Counted from the first letter of the stretch, positions 26,012 to 41,304 are shown. The stretch is 64,000 nt of DNA from Octopus vulgaris (GCA_951406725.2 OX597814.1:26660001-26724000); one strand, 5' to 3'. The notes: a model not told the origin generated them from the sequence alone. Made by a program: numbers and translations.

Positions 26012-27295
26012 CATATATGTATGCATGTGCATACATGTATGTATGTTTATACATATATGTACATATTTACATAAATCTACACATGTATAAATATCTATTT
26101 ATGTATCTACATATAAATATATATACATACATATACACAGAGAGAGGGGAGGGGGAGAGAGATCTATGTATATATTTATATATGTGTGTGTGTACCTGTA
26201 TACATATGCACATATATATTATTAAATATGTATTCATATATATGCATATGCATATATATATGTGTGCTTATATTTGTATATATATATATACACACACACA
26301 TATATATATATGAATGCATGTATGTGTATACATATGTGTTTTTATGTATTTATATGATTTTATATATACAAATATATAGTAATCAAACATTAAGTGAATG
26401 ATCATTTAATAACTTAAAATAGAATATCATATTTTGCTTTCACAAAGACAACTTTGAAGTTTCAGCATATTTACTTTTGTCAGACTCTTTGGTTTTCCAA
26501 GCTTTATATATTCTATTAGGTTCATCTAGTTGGTGGAGCAACTTTATCTGCCAGTGATGGAAGAGTTACACAAGTACCAAACAATAACATCCTTCTTTAT
26601 CTACTAATCTAGTACTTTAAAATATAGCTCTTACTCATTTGAGCGTATACTTGAATGTTATATTTCAACACAAACCATTAACTTTGACCATATTTCACCT
26701 GTGTTTCTAAAGGAACCTAATCTCTGACCCATTTATTTAAATATATACTTGAATTAACTCAAACAATAACAAAATGCAACCACTAATTTTCCACACTACA
26801 TATATTTAACTTTAACAGTATCCCCCTATATTCAACAAAGCTACCACAATCTGTTTTACCACAGTTACTCTTCCATTCTCCCATTCCTTCCCATTACCAG
26901 CCTTAAACACTTTCTTCCCCTTCTTCTTTCTCTCATTCTCCTCTCCTCTCTCTTCATAGTCTACTACTTCTTTCTCCCACAAATTGTCTTCACTTACCCA
27001 ATTAAATTATTCCAAATGATATTTCTTTTTGCGTCACACAAAATTGCACTATTCTACTAAATTTACTTTTCAAGCACATTAAAGCACCCAACTGATGAGT
27101 TAAAAAGTATATATAAAGCTTGAAACACCAAAAGTAATTTACAGTCTAATGTAGAAAACTAAGCCAAAACTTTGAAGTCACTGTTAACAATTTTCTTGTC
27201 AAACCAATATATATAGATATGCATAAATATAATGAGAAAAGAGAGAGAAAGCAAAAGGCAGACAAACAGACAGATTATAGATATACAGACAGACT

Positions 27296-27363
<68 letters not shown>
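27296..27363. repeat. (GATA)n microsatellite
   Basis: Direct reading. Confidence 0.95.
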
Positions 27364-27457
27364 CATAATACATACATACATACATACATGCATGCATACA
27401 TAGACAGACAGACAGACAGATAGATAAATACATACACAAACATACACAAATACATTC

Positions 27458-27950
27458 CCCTGAGGTATGATATAGTTGCAAAGACTATTTATAATGCTAT
27501 CCATAGGAAGGACCGCTCTGATGTTTACATCAAAGGCATGTCAGAAGCAGCACGTATTCACACCTTTAAAAACAAGGAATACTGGTAGAACACCCCAATA
27601 AAGACATCAATTCAGTGCAAACATAACTGACATGATATTGTTCTATGGGACAGGGAACAAATGTCATGCACTGCTGTAGATGTCAGCTGCTCAGCAGACA
27701 TGACTTTACAGTCAAAGGCCCAGGAAAAAGAGAACACTTATGGCAAATTAATGCAGAGCTTACAGCTCTTGTACCCTGACTATGAACTCTCATTTCCACC
27801 CATCATCATAAGTGCATTAGGTTATGTACCAAAAAATTTGTCCAAAAACCTAGTAACGCTCAATTTCACAGAGAAAGAGCAAAAGAAACTGATGCAGATT
27901 CTCCAAATCCAATCTATTTGTGTCAAAGTGAAGATTTGTAAGGCACTCCT
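27458..27950 (+). mobile_element. Restriction-like endonuclease fragment of an R4/Dong-type non-LTR retrotransposon
   Basis: LRYDIVAKTIY (RHD-like motif), KHN*HDIVLWDRE (HNRPDIV), VDVSC..QEKENTY, PIIISALGYVPK. Confidence 0.8.
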
Positions 27951-28509
27951 GCCTCAAAACCATGCCAAAGCTGATACTGGAACTTGAATAGCCTTGCAGC
28001 TTCCCAGATCCTGTCAAACTATCCAACCTATACCAACAAGGGAAATGGACATTTAATGATAATAATAGTGACAATGACAAGCATATTTATCTGAAGATTA
28101 CCTTCAGCTGGTATATACTCTAGTCATGTAGCTTTGAAATTCTAAAGCCAAACTCTTATAAATACACACATATGCAAAGATATGTGTGTGTGTAATTTAC
28201 TACTGATGTTCAGTATTTTTCCCTTGTTTAACTCTATACAAAAATCTTTTATTATGTACTTCTTTCTCTTCCTGTCTTCTTTCACTCCCTCTCTCTCTGT
28301 CACCCACTGCATATATATATATATATGTGTGATTAACAAAAGTCGTGTGGACTCATCATTTTTCCTTTTGCCTACATAAAAAAGTGTGTTATTGTCTCAA
28401 AGATTTTTATGGTAGTTGAAAAGACATTAGCATCTATTTCTAATTCAGTACGTGGTGAGGCACTTAACTGACCCCTGATTATAATTATGTATATAATTAT
28501 AGAATATTT

Positions 28510-28563
<54 letters not shown>

Positions 28564-29749
28564 CCTTCTTATATACAGATATGCAGTGTTAGTATATGTT
28601 TGTCTTTCATCTAATTTTTAAATATCACTATATAATTTTTTAAATAACACCTTACTGTGCAGTGTATTTCATGTTTTACACTTAATTGTATAGTTTTATT
28701 TTAACACCTAAATATTCAATACTTTATTTAACACCTCCCTATATAATGCTTTTCTTTAATACCACATTTACATAATGTGGTGGTATAAAATTTCACTCTC
28801 ATTTTCTTTTCTTCTTATAAACATCACTGTGCATACACACGCACTCACATATGCACACATTCACTCTCACAAACACATCCATGCACTCACAAATGTATGC
28901 ATGCACATGTGTATTACTACAGACTCTGTTAGTTTTGCAAGACTATGGATCTGCACCTGGAAAGTCTTGTTTCACTCTCACTAGCGGATCAGTATCTGCA
29001 GTGACTATAAAAGCCCATATGACAGCCTCTGTTACTATGAATGGATGTAAAGGCACCAACCTCTAGTACTCTTTCATTCATTGCACTGTTCCTCAGCTAC
29101 TAAACCCCACTTCTCATCTCCTTTCTTAAAACTCTTGAACGGCTCCAGATATCGATGGAAGTTAATGTTTACAATATTATCCTATCATTTAATGTCCATG
29201 TTCAATAAGTTCATGGTTAATAAGTTCAGGTCACCCTGATGATTTCTTCTCATAGACTAATTCCTCAAAATAGCAGGTCATTGGGAATCCTCCCAACTAA
29301 TATGTGGTGTATGAGGTTCAGAAAGCAACCACACTGTTGTTGGAACAGAATAAAGAGGCATGGTATCTGAAGAGAACAACATCCTTTTAATTGACCCTTA
29401 TGACATACAACAATATGGTGCACCTATTCTGAAAACTAAGATATACATGCATAAACATGAAAATATATATAGACACACACACACACATATATATATTATG
29501 TATTTACCTTGCTGAAATTGATTCAGTCAACAGAGGTTACTTTAGCATGTATTTCTCAGTATGAAAGTAGAATCTCATATTTTTTTATTTAAAAGTTTGC
29601 ACAACAATCGTTTCAACTCCTGGAAGATTTGATTATTCAGAGACAAAGCCTGCATGAGTTTCTAGTAACAGATGGATTATCATTATGATCTTCAGGAAAA
29701 CTAATTTTTTCATTTACTTGTAGATAATTAATTATTCATCATGATTAGA

Positions 29750-30165
29750 ATCATCATCATCATCATCATCATCGTTTAACGTCCGCTTTCCATGCTAGCA
29801 TGGGTTGGACGGTTCAACTGGGGTCTGGGAAGCCCGAAGGCTGCACCAGGCCAGTCAGATGTGGCAGTGTTTCTACAGCTGGATGCCCTTCCTAACGCCA
29901 ACCACTCCGAGAGTGTAGTGGGTGATTTTATGTGCCACCGACACAGGTGCCAGACGAGGCTGGCAGACGGCCACGCTCGGATGGTGTTTTTTATGTGCCA
30001 CCGACACAGGTGCCAGACGAGGCTGGCAGACGGCCACGCTCGGATGGTGTTTTCTTATGTGTCACCGACACAGGTGCCAGACGAGGCTGGCGGACGGCCA
30101 CGCTCGGATGGTGTTTGTTACGTGCCCTCAGCACGGAGGCCAGTCATTGCGGTACTGGCTACGGT
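29750..30165 (-). mobile_element. Young RTE 3' tail with three tandem 63-64 bp units
   Basis: Units start at 29931, 29994 and 30058 (tgtgccaccgacacaggtgccagacgaggctggcagacggccacgctcggatggtg); CpGs are retained. Confidence 0.9.
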
Positions 30166-30469
30166 ATATAAAACAAATATAAAACAAATATCACTCACAG
30201 ACAGATGCGGACACATATGCACACACACACATACACATATTCACATGCACAAACACACACATACTGGTGATAGGCCTAAACCCTCATCTGGTTGAACACA
30301 TTTGATCTTTGGCTACCTGAGCAGATTTCGCATCATTACAATCATTCTCTTGTTTGAAGATATTTTCTTTTCTTTCTCAGTCCCAGCTATCTTGGAGATC
30401 CTACAAAGGATCATGGGTAGTGTTTTTCTTTCCTGATTAGGTAATAGTAATAATAGTATATATATATAG

Positions 30470-30514
<45 letters not shown>

Positions 30515-31070
30515 ATATGTCACATAGGACATTTCTATGTTTAACAGGAAAGTTAGGGAAAGCAGAGTTTCTAACCAATTTCGTTCATTGGTTTCAATGC
30601 AAATGTGTAGTTGAATAGACTTACTCAAGATGATCTGCAGTGAGACTGAACTCAAAACAGTGTAATTTCTTTCAAAGCAATCTTCTTACCCACATATATA
30701 TTACAAAGCAATTATTGAGTCATGTTTTATTATATCTTGTCTGTCTAAAATTTTTTAACCATAAATAAATAAAAAAAAAAGCTTCATCTTGTTTCAGTAT
30801 TATTTGTCTGTCTTTAAATTTTTGCTTCATGATCAAGGTTCAAGTAGTATGTGCAATCTTTGTTTTAATCTTACAGGTTCTAAACTTTGGGAAGATCTGC
30901 AAACTTTAAATCTAAGCCATAAATTTTGTAACTTTTATGCCACAGCAGTAGGAAACCATTATCCTTAATAGTTACTCAATATATCCAGCAAAGCCAACTA
31001 TGTCACCATAATAAATTTTCTTAGTTGGCATCTTTCAGAATAATCACTTTCCACAGTTAACTTTCTTTCT

Positions 31071-31310
<240 letters not shown>

Positions 31311-31889
31311 CTATTGCTGTATCTCTCCCTATATATGTGTTTGTGAGTTCACTATTCTCTATGATTGCCTCTAATCATAGCCAAGGAAGTCAACCATTTC
31401 CAAAATATAGATGTAGGGGCGCACACAAGGTTGGTGTAGAAAGAAGCTGGAGAAGAAGAAGCGACAACCAGGAGGTTGGCAGCATGGACTGAAGTCAGTA
31501 ATTAAGAAATGAGTCATTGGTGATAGAGGTGGTTGGAGGATATCAGAACAGAGTAAACCAGAGATTTGCTAATTTTCTTCATCACCCCCTTCAGACATCA
31601 TGGACTGGTAGTAAATTTTACCCCAAACAGTGTAGCTGCACATCTTGGAACTTTTCCTCTTTAATCATGAATTTTTCTTGCTATTCTTTGTATTACTCTC
31701 TCTCTCTCTTTCTCTCTCTTTCTCTTTCTTTCCCTTTCTCTTTCTCTCTCTCTTCCTTTAACATGCATACTCATAGATATACACACACATATAAATTATT
31801 TCTCTGGTGCTCTCCTTTTCCCATACACCTACAGATATGCACACATACATATATACAGATAGACATGCATATATTCATACATTCAAACA

Positions 31890-31934
<45 letters not shown>

Positions 31935-32694
31935 TGTACATACATAAAAATACACCACCCCTATATTCTCCATTTTTATCTACTGCTCTCTATACCACCA
32001 ACAATTTCTAAGTTCTCATTTCATCATTATCTTCTTTTATCTTTTTTTTAGAGATTTCTGTTTTTTTTTATGCTTGGATGTTTCTCTTCTTGTTCCTCCA
32101 GCTCTTTCTCCTCATCTATTCCTTTCTTTATTTTTTTCTCTGACTTCATTCATCTCTACCATGGTATTTCCTATTTTCTTCTCCCCTATATTAAGTACCT
32201 TTATATTTGAGTGTTTCTTATTTTCTTTACTTGTTTACGTACTTTTTTTCGCAACATAACTTACACTTCCTTGTTCCATCTCTAAAAGGTGTCATTCAGT
32301 CTAGAATTCACAATTCACATGTGTGTGTATATGTGTACATGTGTGTGTGCGTGTGTACGCACACACACACATTTCTCTTTCACCATATATATATATATAT
32401 ATATATATATATTTCTCTTTCACCACCTCATCTCATCTTTTCCAAATGAATTTAGAGTGCACAATATGGCATTCCATACATAGGTGTTGGAATAAGATAC
32501 TATGTTGATGTAATCAATTTTCACATCGCTACTTCTCCTTCATACACACATAGGTGTACAAACACACACATGTATAAATGAACACACACACACACACACA
32601 CACACTCACACACAGACATGCTCCCACACAAATTGGTGTTTAAATTACACACCCAGACACACACATATATCCAAATATGTGTGTGTATACAACA

Positions 32695-32726
<32 letters not shown>

Positions 32727-32834
32727 GCACACACACATGCATGTGTGTGTGTAGACATACATGCATACATGAATATATAGACTAATGTATACACATTATT
32801 TGGATATGTGTGTGTGTAATTGAAATACAAATTC

Positions 32835-33220
32835 ATGTTTTGGTGGCACTCCATCGGTTACGGCAATGAGGGATCCAGTTGATCTGATCAACAGAACAGC
32901 CTGCTCATGAAATTAACGTGCAAGTGGCTGAGCACTCCACAGATACATGTACCCTTAACGTAGTTCTCAGGGAGATTTAGCATGACACAGAGTGTGCCAA
33001 GGCTGGCCCTTTGAAATACAGGTACAGCAGAAACAGAAAGAAAGAGTGAGAGAAAGTTGTGGTGAAAGAGTACAGCAGGGTTCGCCACCACTCCCTGCCA
33101 GAGCCTCGTGGAGCTTTAGGTGTTTTCGCTCAATAAACACTCACAACGCCCGGTCTGGGAATCGAACCCGCAATCCTACAACCGCGAGTCCGCTGCCCTA
33201 ACCACTGGGCCATTGCGCCT
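32835..33220 (-). mobile_element. Near full-length tRNA-derived SINE with intact Pol III boxes
   Basis: Minus head aggcgcaaTGGCCCAGTGGttagggcagcgg..gcgGGTTCGATTCCcagacc (A and B boxes) followed by a long non-tRNA body. Confidence 0.85.
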
Positions 33221-35087
33221 CTACAAATGCTCCTACACACACAGACTCACAATATTGCAAACTGAATGAGAAGGTTGCTTTACAGTCAAGAGATCCAAGT
33301 TCCAATCTGATAGCAAAGCATCTTGGGCAATTTTGTTTTATTGTAGCTTCAGGTTAACTTAAGCTGTGTAAGAGAAATTGTATGACCAGAAACTGTATAA
33401 TGCCATTGGATGGACTCTACTTGCAATTCAGAGATCAGCATGTCATGTTTATTGTACCTGGGATTTATATTAAGTGAATTTGGTGAAATGATTTTATTGG
33501 TATTATCTTCTCTTGCTAGGTTTTTTAGATTTCAGATGATCGAAGGAGAAATTATATTTAATTACTTGGATAATCTTAGTTTTTCAATCCACTACATTAC
33601 ATATGTGAAAACCTACGATATACAAACATACGTATGTATGTGTACACACACACACACACACACACACATACACACACACATACACACATGCACGCACACA
33701 TGTATGTGTCTTTGTATGTATATACTGACAAGGATATTGCACATATCTTACATGGATAAATTTCAGTGAGTTGTGGATCAGACCATATCTAACTTAATAA
33801 AAAATAGCTTAATAAATATTCATAACACTCTTTTATATTATTTTTTTTCCACCTTCAAGTTATTTTCTACAGTTTATCATTTATATTAGATATCTCTAAG
33901 ACTGAGAAGTATATGACAACATTACCTAAAATTTATATCCATTTTCAAACCTTCATCTAGAAGCAATAAATGGCAATATATTTTTCTTTGCTTTTCCTAG
34001 TTTGATTTATTAGGGTTTTTTTTTGTACTTTCGCTGTTTTTCTTTTATATTTGTCTTTCCATTTCATGTCAAATTGTATACTTTCTTCAGTCAATATGAT
34101 GATCATCAGTATCTTCATCATCGTCTTATAATTATCATTATTTTTAGTTCTCAGTAGTTTTATTGTTTATTGCATGCTTTCGCTGCAGTACTAAGCATAG
34201 CTTTGTGTGCCTTGGATATAATGTAATTTATAATTATTATTATTACTATTGTTAGTAATAGTATTTCAGTGGTCATATTTAATGCTTTGTGCTTTCATTT
34301 CATGTAACCACAGTTTGATATGCTCAGTTGAAAAGTAAAACTGAGACAGTTTTTTGAGCTGTACTGATTTACTGCATATGAATGTGATTGTGTGATATTC
34401 ATGCATTTTGCTTTAAAAATGCTGATAGCATAATATATTTTCTGCTTGTGAATGGAAATTGCTCACCTAGGTCTTGTCTTTTTTGTTACAACATGCCTTT
34501 TTTTTTTATTATATTCCTTTATATTCTAAACTGAAGTCTCACCATTCAAATCCAAACTGCCTGTACCTTTCAAGCTTCGATAGTGAGTAATAGCTTAAGT
34601 AATTATGCTTGATATCATTGATTGTACATCCATTGGGGCTTTGCACACTGTGGAGCTTTGTACATCATTTCAATGTTTACTTTTCAAGTCTTGCATGGGT
34701 CAGATAAAATTGTTGAAGTAAATTTTCTATGGTCATATACTTTTCCTGTTGCCAACCTTTACCTATTTCCACATCAGGTAATATTTCTCCTAGCCCTCCA
34801 AACATGAATATCACAATGGCTAGACATGATTTCACAGAAGACTGCAAATGGACAATAGTACTCGCACAACAATCACATACATTTACAACAAGAACACAAT
34901 ATTAAATAAAGGAGATATGAGCATCCCACATGATATATACATATATATGGATGTATTTATGACAGGCTTTCTCAGTTTCCATCTACCAAATCCACTCACA
35001 AAGCTTAGGTTGGTCTGGGGCTATAGCAGGAAAATACTTTCCTAAGGCACCACACTGTAGGACTAAGCCTGAAACCATATGGTAGAG

Positions 35088-36283
35088 TGTTATATCCTTA
35101 TACCTCCAATATTGTAGTACGATTGATATTGTTGACAATAGATAAAGAAACACTATAACAGTGTTATAACAATACAAAATAGAAACAGCGGCAGTAACAA
35201 ACATGTAATGAACTAACAATCAACATTTCCAACAGACTAACTCAAACTGTAAACTGTACCTGGACTTCAAAGACCAAATGATGAAATGCCAACTATGTCA
35301 CGGTTCCATCTATTCTCATCAGAGGGTGTCGTACTCTTTCCACAACATCTCCCCTTTTGAGATTTTGAGTTCCAAAGGAATAAAGAAATTTTATTTATTG
35401 TTATTATTTTTAGTATCTTTTTTGCTTGCTCCATTTTTGAGAGAATCCTTCGGTTGCTATAAGGCCTTGCACTCCTGAGTGAGTTCTTGAAGTTTAAAGT
35501 TTTCACACATGCAGTTGACTACTCTGGCGTATGTAATAAAGTCATCATCATAATTTTTTTAAAGTTCCAACACTTCATTCAAATGTTAAATAGCAAACTT
35601 TTGTCACAAAAGTTTTTGAGAGTAAATCAATAGTTTCTTGGAAACAAATCTCTCTCGACTTGTTGGGTAATATAAAGTTACAGTAGCATTCATGCTCAGC
35701 TGGAGCTACCTTGTGCAGTAATAGCCTCGCTTTCTCCTCATCTGACCATGATTTGCAATCTTTGTTAAAAATATCCTCATACCTTCTATAGTATGCAGGA
35801 ACTGTGATACCCTCCTCCAGATTATAAGTGAATTCAGAAATCGAGGCTGCCATGCCATCAGGCATAAATGAACTTACTGAATTTTCAGACTTCCTTGATT
35901 GTAACTCAGTTAATTGTTGTTGTTGCAATATTTGCATCTGCAACTCCTGTAGTTGTTCCTGTTTCTTCTCTTGAAGCTGTATTACTGCAGCTAATAGGTT
36001 CTCCATTATTTAAAAATTTGTATGATACACAAATTGTCAAATATCCTACATGAGCTTTGAAAAATCCTTGTCACCAGATGTTATATACACCTTCAATACC
36101 ACAGTATGGTTGATGCGGTCGATGATAGATAAAGAATACACTGTAACAGTGTTATAACAGTACAAAATAGAAAGTGGCAGTAACAAACATGTAACAAACC
36201 AACAATCAATATTTCCAACACACTAACTCAAACTGTACCTGAACTTTGAAGACCAAACTATGAACTGCCGACTACATCAAACA
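35088..36283 (-). mobile_element. Internally deleted Ty3/Gypsy LTR retrotransposon
   Basis: 3' LTR 35088-35347 (TG..CA) preceded on - by the polypurine tract aaaaggggaga; partial 5' LTR from 36079 followed on - by PBS tggtgacaagga; gag remnant between; inserted into a SINE. Confidence 0.9.
35575..36006 (-). pseudogene. Gypsy gag N-terminal remnant (K02A2.6-like family)
   Basis: ISEFTYNLEEGITVPAYYRRYEDIFNKDCKSWSDEEKARLLLHKV..YCNFILP..FQETIDLLSKTF. Confidence 0.85.
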
Positions 36284-36966
36284 GCTACGATTTATGTTTG
36301 TACCTAATTTAGAAGTCAGTATTTTATTTTTAGATGATAAAAGCTTTTTCTTTCATAATTTAGCCAACTTTTTTGAGTGTCTATGAAATCAGTAGAAGGA
36401 AAGTAGAAATGTCTGATCAGACCAAAAACTAGCTAGCAACAGACTACTTAAGAATTAGCTATTGGTGTTAAATTGTACAACAGATTATGTTAGCTAAGTA
36501 AGAAGAGGAATGGTTCCTTCAACAATTTTCTACACTGTTTCCATCTACCAAACTTTTATTCAGAAGTATTTGGTTGACTCTTAGCTATTAACAGAATATT
36601 ATTTGCCTAACACACAAAGCAGTGGATTTGAGCCCAAAAACACTTAGCTGCAAAGTGAGCCTTTTAATCATACAACCAAGTGTATATCCAAGATCAATAT
36701 TATTATTGTTATGTGGTTTAGCTACAGATCAGAGCTGACTGAGCAGGCCATGGATTAAAGGTGTACCATTCATGACTCAATTCTGCCATACCTTATTTTT
36801 TTCCAAAATAATTAATCTAATGTGCTTCTTTCATTAAGATGCAAGTGTCTGGTCTGAGACAGATTTGACTACTAAGTACTATTTCTAGCAAGTCTAGTAT
36901 CTATGTAGAGGACTCTTCATGGGTTTGTTAGTGTCTTGGGCTCTAGTGACCAATTAAATAAATCCC

Positions 36967-37125
<159 letters not shown>

Positions 37126-37126
37126 T

Positions 37127-37340
37127 AGGCAGCGAGCTGGCAGAATCATTAATGTGTTGGACAAAATGCTTAGTGGTATTTCACCCATTGCTACATTCTG
37201 AGTTCAAATTCCACCAAGGTTGACTTTATCTTTCATCCTTTTGGGGGTCGATAAAATAAGTACCAGATGAACACTGGGTCGATGTAATTGACTCATCTCC
37301 TTCCCCAAAATTGCTGCCCTTGTGACAAAATTTGAAACCA
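37127..37340 (+). mobile_element. About 210-bp tRNA-derived SINE inserted in (ATT)n
   Basis: Head ggcagcgagctggcagaatc, B-box gagttcaaattcc, core gttgactttatctttcatccttttgggggtcgataaaataagtaccag; (ATT)n on both sides. Confidence 0.85.
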
Positions 37341-37371
<31 letters not shown>

Positions 37372-38560
37372 TTATTGACAGTCTAATCACTTTTAGGCAA
37401 AATAGTTACTCATGTTTGTTTAAATTTTTCAGAAGAATAGTCATTTTTTCAATTTTTTTAAAGATATAAACAGCATAAGTAAAAGCAAAAAAAAAATCAG
37501 AAACAAAAAATAACATTGAAACAAAAAACAGTAAAATCCAAAGCAAAAGATATGTGACAGGATGATAGTTATTAAGTTCTCCATCTTGTAGAAAAGAGAG
37601 AATACCGATAAAACAGGGCTAGAAAAATTTTTTTTTTAAATATTGAAAAATAAAACACAAAGATTAATAACAACTAAAATACAATAATGGTTTCAAACAT
37701 TGTCACAAGAACACAAATTTTAGGGGAGTGATATTGTCAATAATATCTACTTCAATAAGTCACTGCTGTTTTAACAACAGTGGAGTAAGAAAAATTGAAG
37801 TAATCCTTAGTAAGATTTGAACTCAAAACGTAAAGTGGTGAAGCTAAAATATTAAAAAGGAAAATGAGAACACAGTATAAGAAATGAAAATTGGAAGAAT
37901 TCCTTATTTTTCACTTATTAAATTATTTCTATATTTCTCAATTTTCATTTATTTATATATTTTTATCCTCCCCACATCCTGCCTTTTTGTATTTTTACTT
38001 TTTATTTAGGTTTGGATTTTTCCTTATATCATTATATATGCATATGTTCATGTTTATGTGCATACATGTATGCATGCATGTATGTATGTATGAATGTATG
38101 TATGTTATGTATGATTGTATTTCTACATTTTTGCATTTGCTTCTGTATGGCATTCTTTAATTTGTTTATTTATTTAGTTATTAATTTCTGGAAGGGAAGA
38201 GAGAGCTATTGAGTTTTGTTTTTATTTTGTTTATTGTTTTCCATATTTTGTTGTTTGTTTGTCATTTATTTATCATACTTTTCTTCTTAATCCAATTTTT
38301 GAAAGAATGTTCTAGAACTTCATTTGCTTTTATTTGATTCTTTACTCAATATTTTTCATATCTCATTTTTATACTACTTTCCTCTCCCACTATCTCTCTC
38401 TTTCTCTTGCTCCTTCACTCTATCTCTCATTCTCAACACCTCTATGTATCTTTCTATATTTTTACACTGTACTCCTTTCACTCTGTTCCTCTCTCTCTCT
38501 TTCCAACTACTCTCTGCTTCTCTGTATTCTCTCTCTTTCCAACTACTCTCTATTTCTCTG

Positions 38561-38596
<36 letters not shown>

Positions 38597-38809
38597 CCCA
38601 CACTTATCTACATATCTTTCTTTCTCACCCTCTTTCTTTACTACAGCTCACACATAGACACACACTAATTCATTTCTCTATCCTCTCTATCAAATTTTCT
38701 CAATGTCTCACTCTTTCCTTTGCTCAATGCTCCCCTTCTCCATATGAATTGAATTCTTGACTTCTATCAAATATTCAGAAAGCTCCCTAAAAGTAGTTGG
38801 TTGTTTGTT

Positions 38810-39370
38810 ACCTAGGTGAAACAATCAGCAGTGGATGTGGGTGCAAGAGCACTGCTGCAAATGTTTAGAGTTATACCCTTTGCTTTAACAAAGGATTCTC
38901 TCTCAGAGTGAAAATTAGACTGTGTGATGTTTGCTTGAGAAGTGGGATATTTCATAGTAGTGAAATATGGAGATTGAAAGCAGCAGAGGTTGTCTGCAGG
39001 ATAGACAGAAACATGACAAATATGTTTTACTGGATAGATAATGTAAGTGTGCATGAGAAACAAAGCATAAACGAGCTGAGAGAAGTGGTTATGAGAGGAA
39101 TCTGATGTAATATGCAAAAGAGAAGTTTGTACTAGATATGTATGGAAACTGACATTTGGGAAAAAGTACCGAACGATCCAAGAAGAAAGATACTGTGGAA
39201 GAGAAAGAGTTTCAAGGCCATTTGAAGAAATGGTGAAAGCATACCTCAGGAGTTCAAACCTCATTAAGATCCCAAAGGATCTTCAATAAGTAGTGAGATA
39301 CTATGCTGAAGAGACATTATCCAACCTAATAAAACACAGGGAAAATTGATGTAAAAAGATGATGATGACA
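38810..39370 (+). mobile_element. Old RTE LINE 3' fragment
   Basis: SLRVKIRLCDVCLRSGIFHSSEIW..VSVHEKQSINELRE is collinear with the 18.6-19.0 kb RTE; (GAT)n tail. Confidence 0.75.
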
Positions 39371-40138
39371 ACAATGACTACTAGGTTGATGACAATGATG
39401 ACAACAATGATGATGATGATGGCAGCAGTGATGATGACATACATTTCATGATCACTACTATATAAATATATTTCATATTTTATAGGATTTGCAGATTTTT
39501 TAATGCCAAACTATAAACTGAAACAGCTCAAGTTATAGTTCCAAACCATATGGGAGGTCATTTTACTAATGACTCTCCTAACTACATGTCAGGTTCATGT
39601 GTATTCTCAGTGAATACATACTTTTCCTAGATGATTTAAAATGAACTCTATCTGCTTGTGTGTGTCTACATGTATACACACACATGCCCACACATACATT
39701 ATTAATGCAAAATGGTTGAATAATTAAGAAGTTTGTTTGCTTCCCAGTCACAAAATTTAGGGTTCAGTACCACTGCATTGCAACTTGAGTAAGTGTCTTC
39801 TCCATCCTGTGAGAAAAACTGAACAGAGAAGAGAATCTGTGTGGAAGCTTGCTGGATGGATTGTACTTATATGTCAAAAGCCCAACCCTGAAGAAAACCG
39901 TATTGTGCTGATTCTGTCTATGAATTTCATTAGAAGTACACATGTATGTGAAATACTCAGTCACTTAATGCTAATTCAATGAGGTCAGTATTCCAGTTAA
40001 TCAAGCTGAAAACATATGATTGGAAATTCTGCCCTATATATATGTGATGTGTTTTGTGTCTTGTGTGTGTCTGTGTGCATGCATATGCGCGTGCATGCAT
40101 ACATACATGTGTATATATACGTATGAAATATTTATAAG

Positions 40139-41292
40139 CAGGGTGCGATGGGTAAATTGTCACTGTTTCATGTTTTTAATTTTGCACATGTGCATTATTT
40201 GTCTTTGATTTTGTCAACTATGCAGTGTGGCAGGATCAGCTGGGCACCATCTGTGAGAAAAACAGCACCATGATGCAATTCACTGAGCCAGAAATTTGGA
40301 AACTACATGCTGTACTGCTTGTAAGTTCCAATACGAACATTTCAAAGTGTTTGGGTGTCAATCTGAGGACAGCGCAGAGGATTCAGAAAGAGTTGGATGA
40401 GTCTAATGGTAATTACGAAGGTATAGCAGCTCGGAAAACTCACTCTGATCATTCTGCTAAGAAAAGAACTCTTGAATTTGTTGGTGAGGTCCAGATCATA
40501 ATTGACACAAGATAAGTAAGGACCAATTTTTATCCCAAGCCATCAAGGACAAGAGGAAAGATGGTGCTACGAAGCTTTTGAACAAACTCAAGCATCCCCT
40601 CCAACTGAACTTTGGTTTTTCTCAGATGAGAAAAAATTCTGCCAGGATCAGATGGTGAAGACACAGAACAACTGTTGGCTTGCTGTGTCCTCAGAACATA
40701 TACTGAGAGTGATAAAAATCAAACATCCAGTCAACATCATGGTGTTTCGAGTGATCACTAGTGATAGTGATGTTATGTCTCCATTCATCTTCACACACTG
40801 CTTCAGACTCAACACAAAAGCCTACATCAAGTGCCTGGAGGAGGTAGTGCTGCCCTGGGTCAAGAGGCTGCTGGAAGACCCTATGTCTGGCAACAGGACT
40901 CTGCACCATGCCACACAAGCAGGAGAACCCAGTCATGGCTGTCAGACAATTTCTGTGACCAATCACTCCTAACATCTGGCCACCTAACTCTCCAGACTAC
41001 AATCCTCTCGATTATTTTGTGAAGCACAGTTGAGTGAGAGACCAACAAAATTCCTTGTAACACCAAAGAGGAACTGATGGCAAGGATTATGGCAGCATTC
41101 ACCAACTTAAACAAGGAGACCATCCAGAAGAGTTGCAGGAGATTCCAAAGTTGTCTGGAGGCCGAGGTTGAAGCCAATGGCGTATTTCAAGATATTTTTA
41201 TATAATTTTGGTAAATATATCTGCTAAAATGAGACGTTAGTGCTATTTTCATTTTTGCATGATTTAGATGACAATTTATTCACCACACCCTG
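40139..41292 (+). mobile_element. Tc1/mariner DD37D (maT) transposon, decayed
   Basis: TIRs cagggtgcgatgggtaaattgtc / gacaatttattcaccacaccctg followed by TA; FSDEK, YVWQQDSAPCH, WPPNSPDYNPLDY with 37-residue D-D spacing once one frameshift is corrected. Confidence 0.9.
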
Positions 41293-41304
41293 TATATGTG
41301 TATG

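Noticed and set aside
27090-27130. CTGATGA..GAAAC hammerhead candidate
   Set aside because: No convincing stem I or stem III with a cleavage triplet.
29926-30126. CRISPR-like or HDV-ribozyme-like reading of the 63-bp repeats
   Set aside because: There are no unique spacers and the context is eukaryotic; the P1 partner needed for an HDV fold is absent.
33145-33220. tRNA gene on the minus strand
   Set aside because: A and B boxes are present, but it continues into a SINE body with related copies; it is a SINE head.
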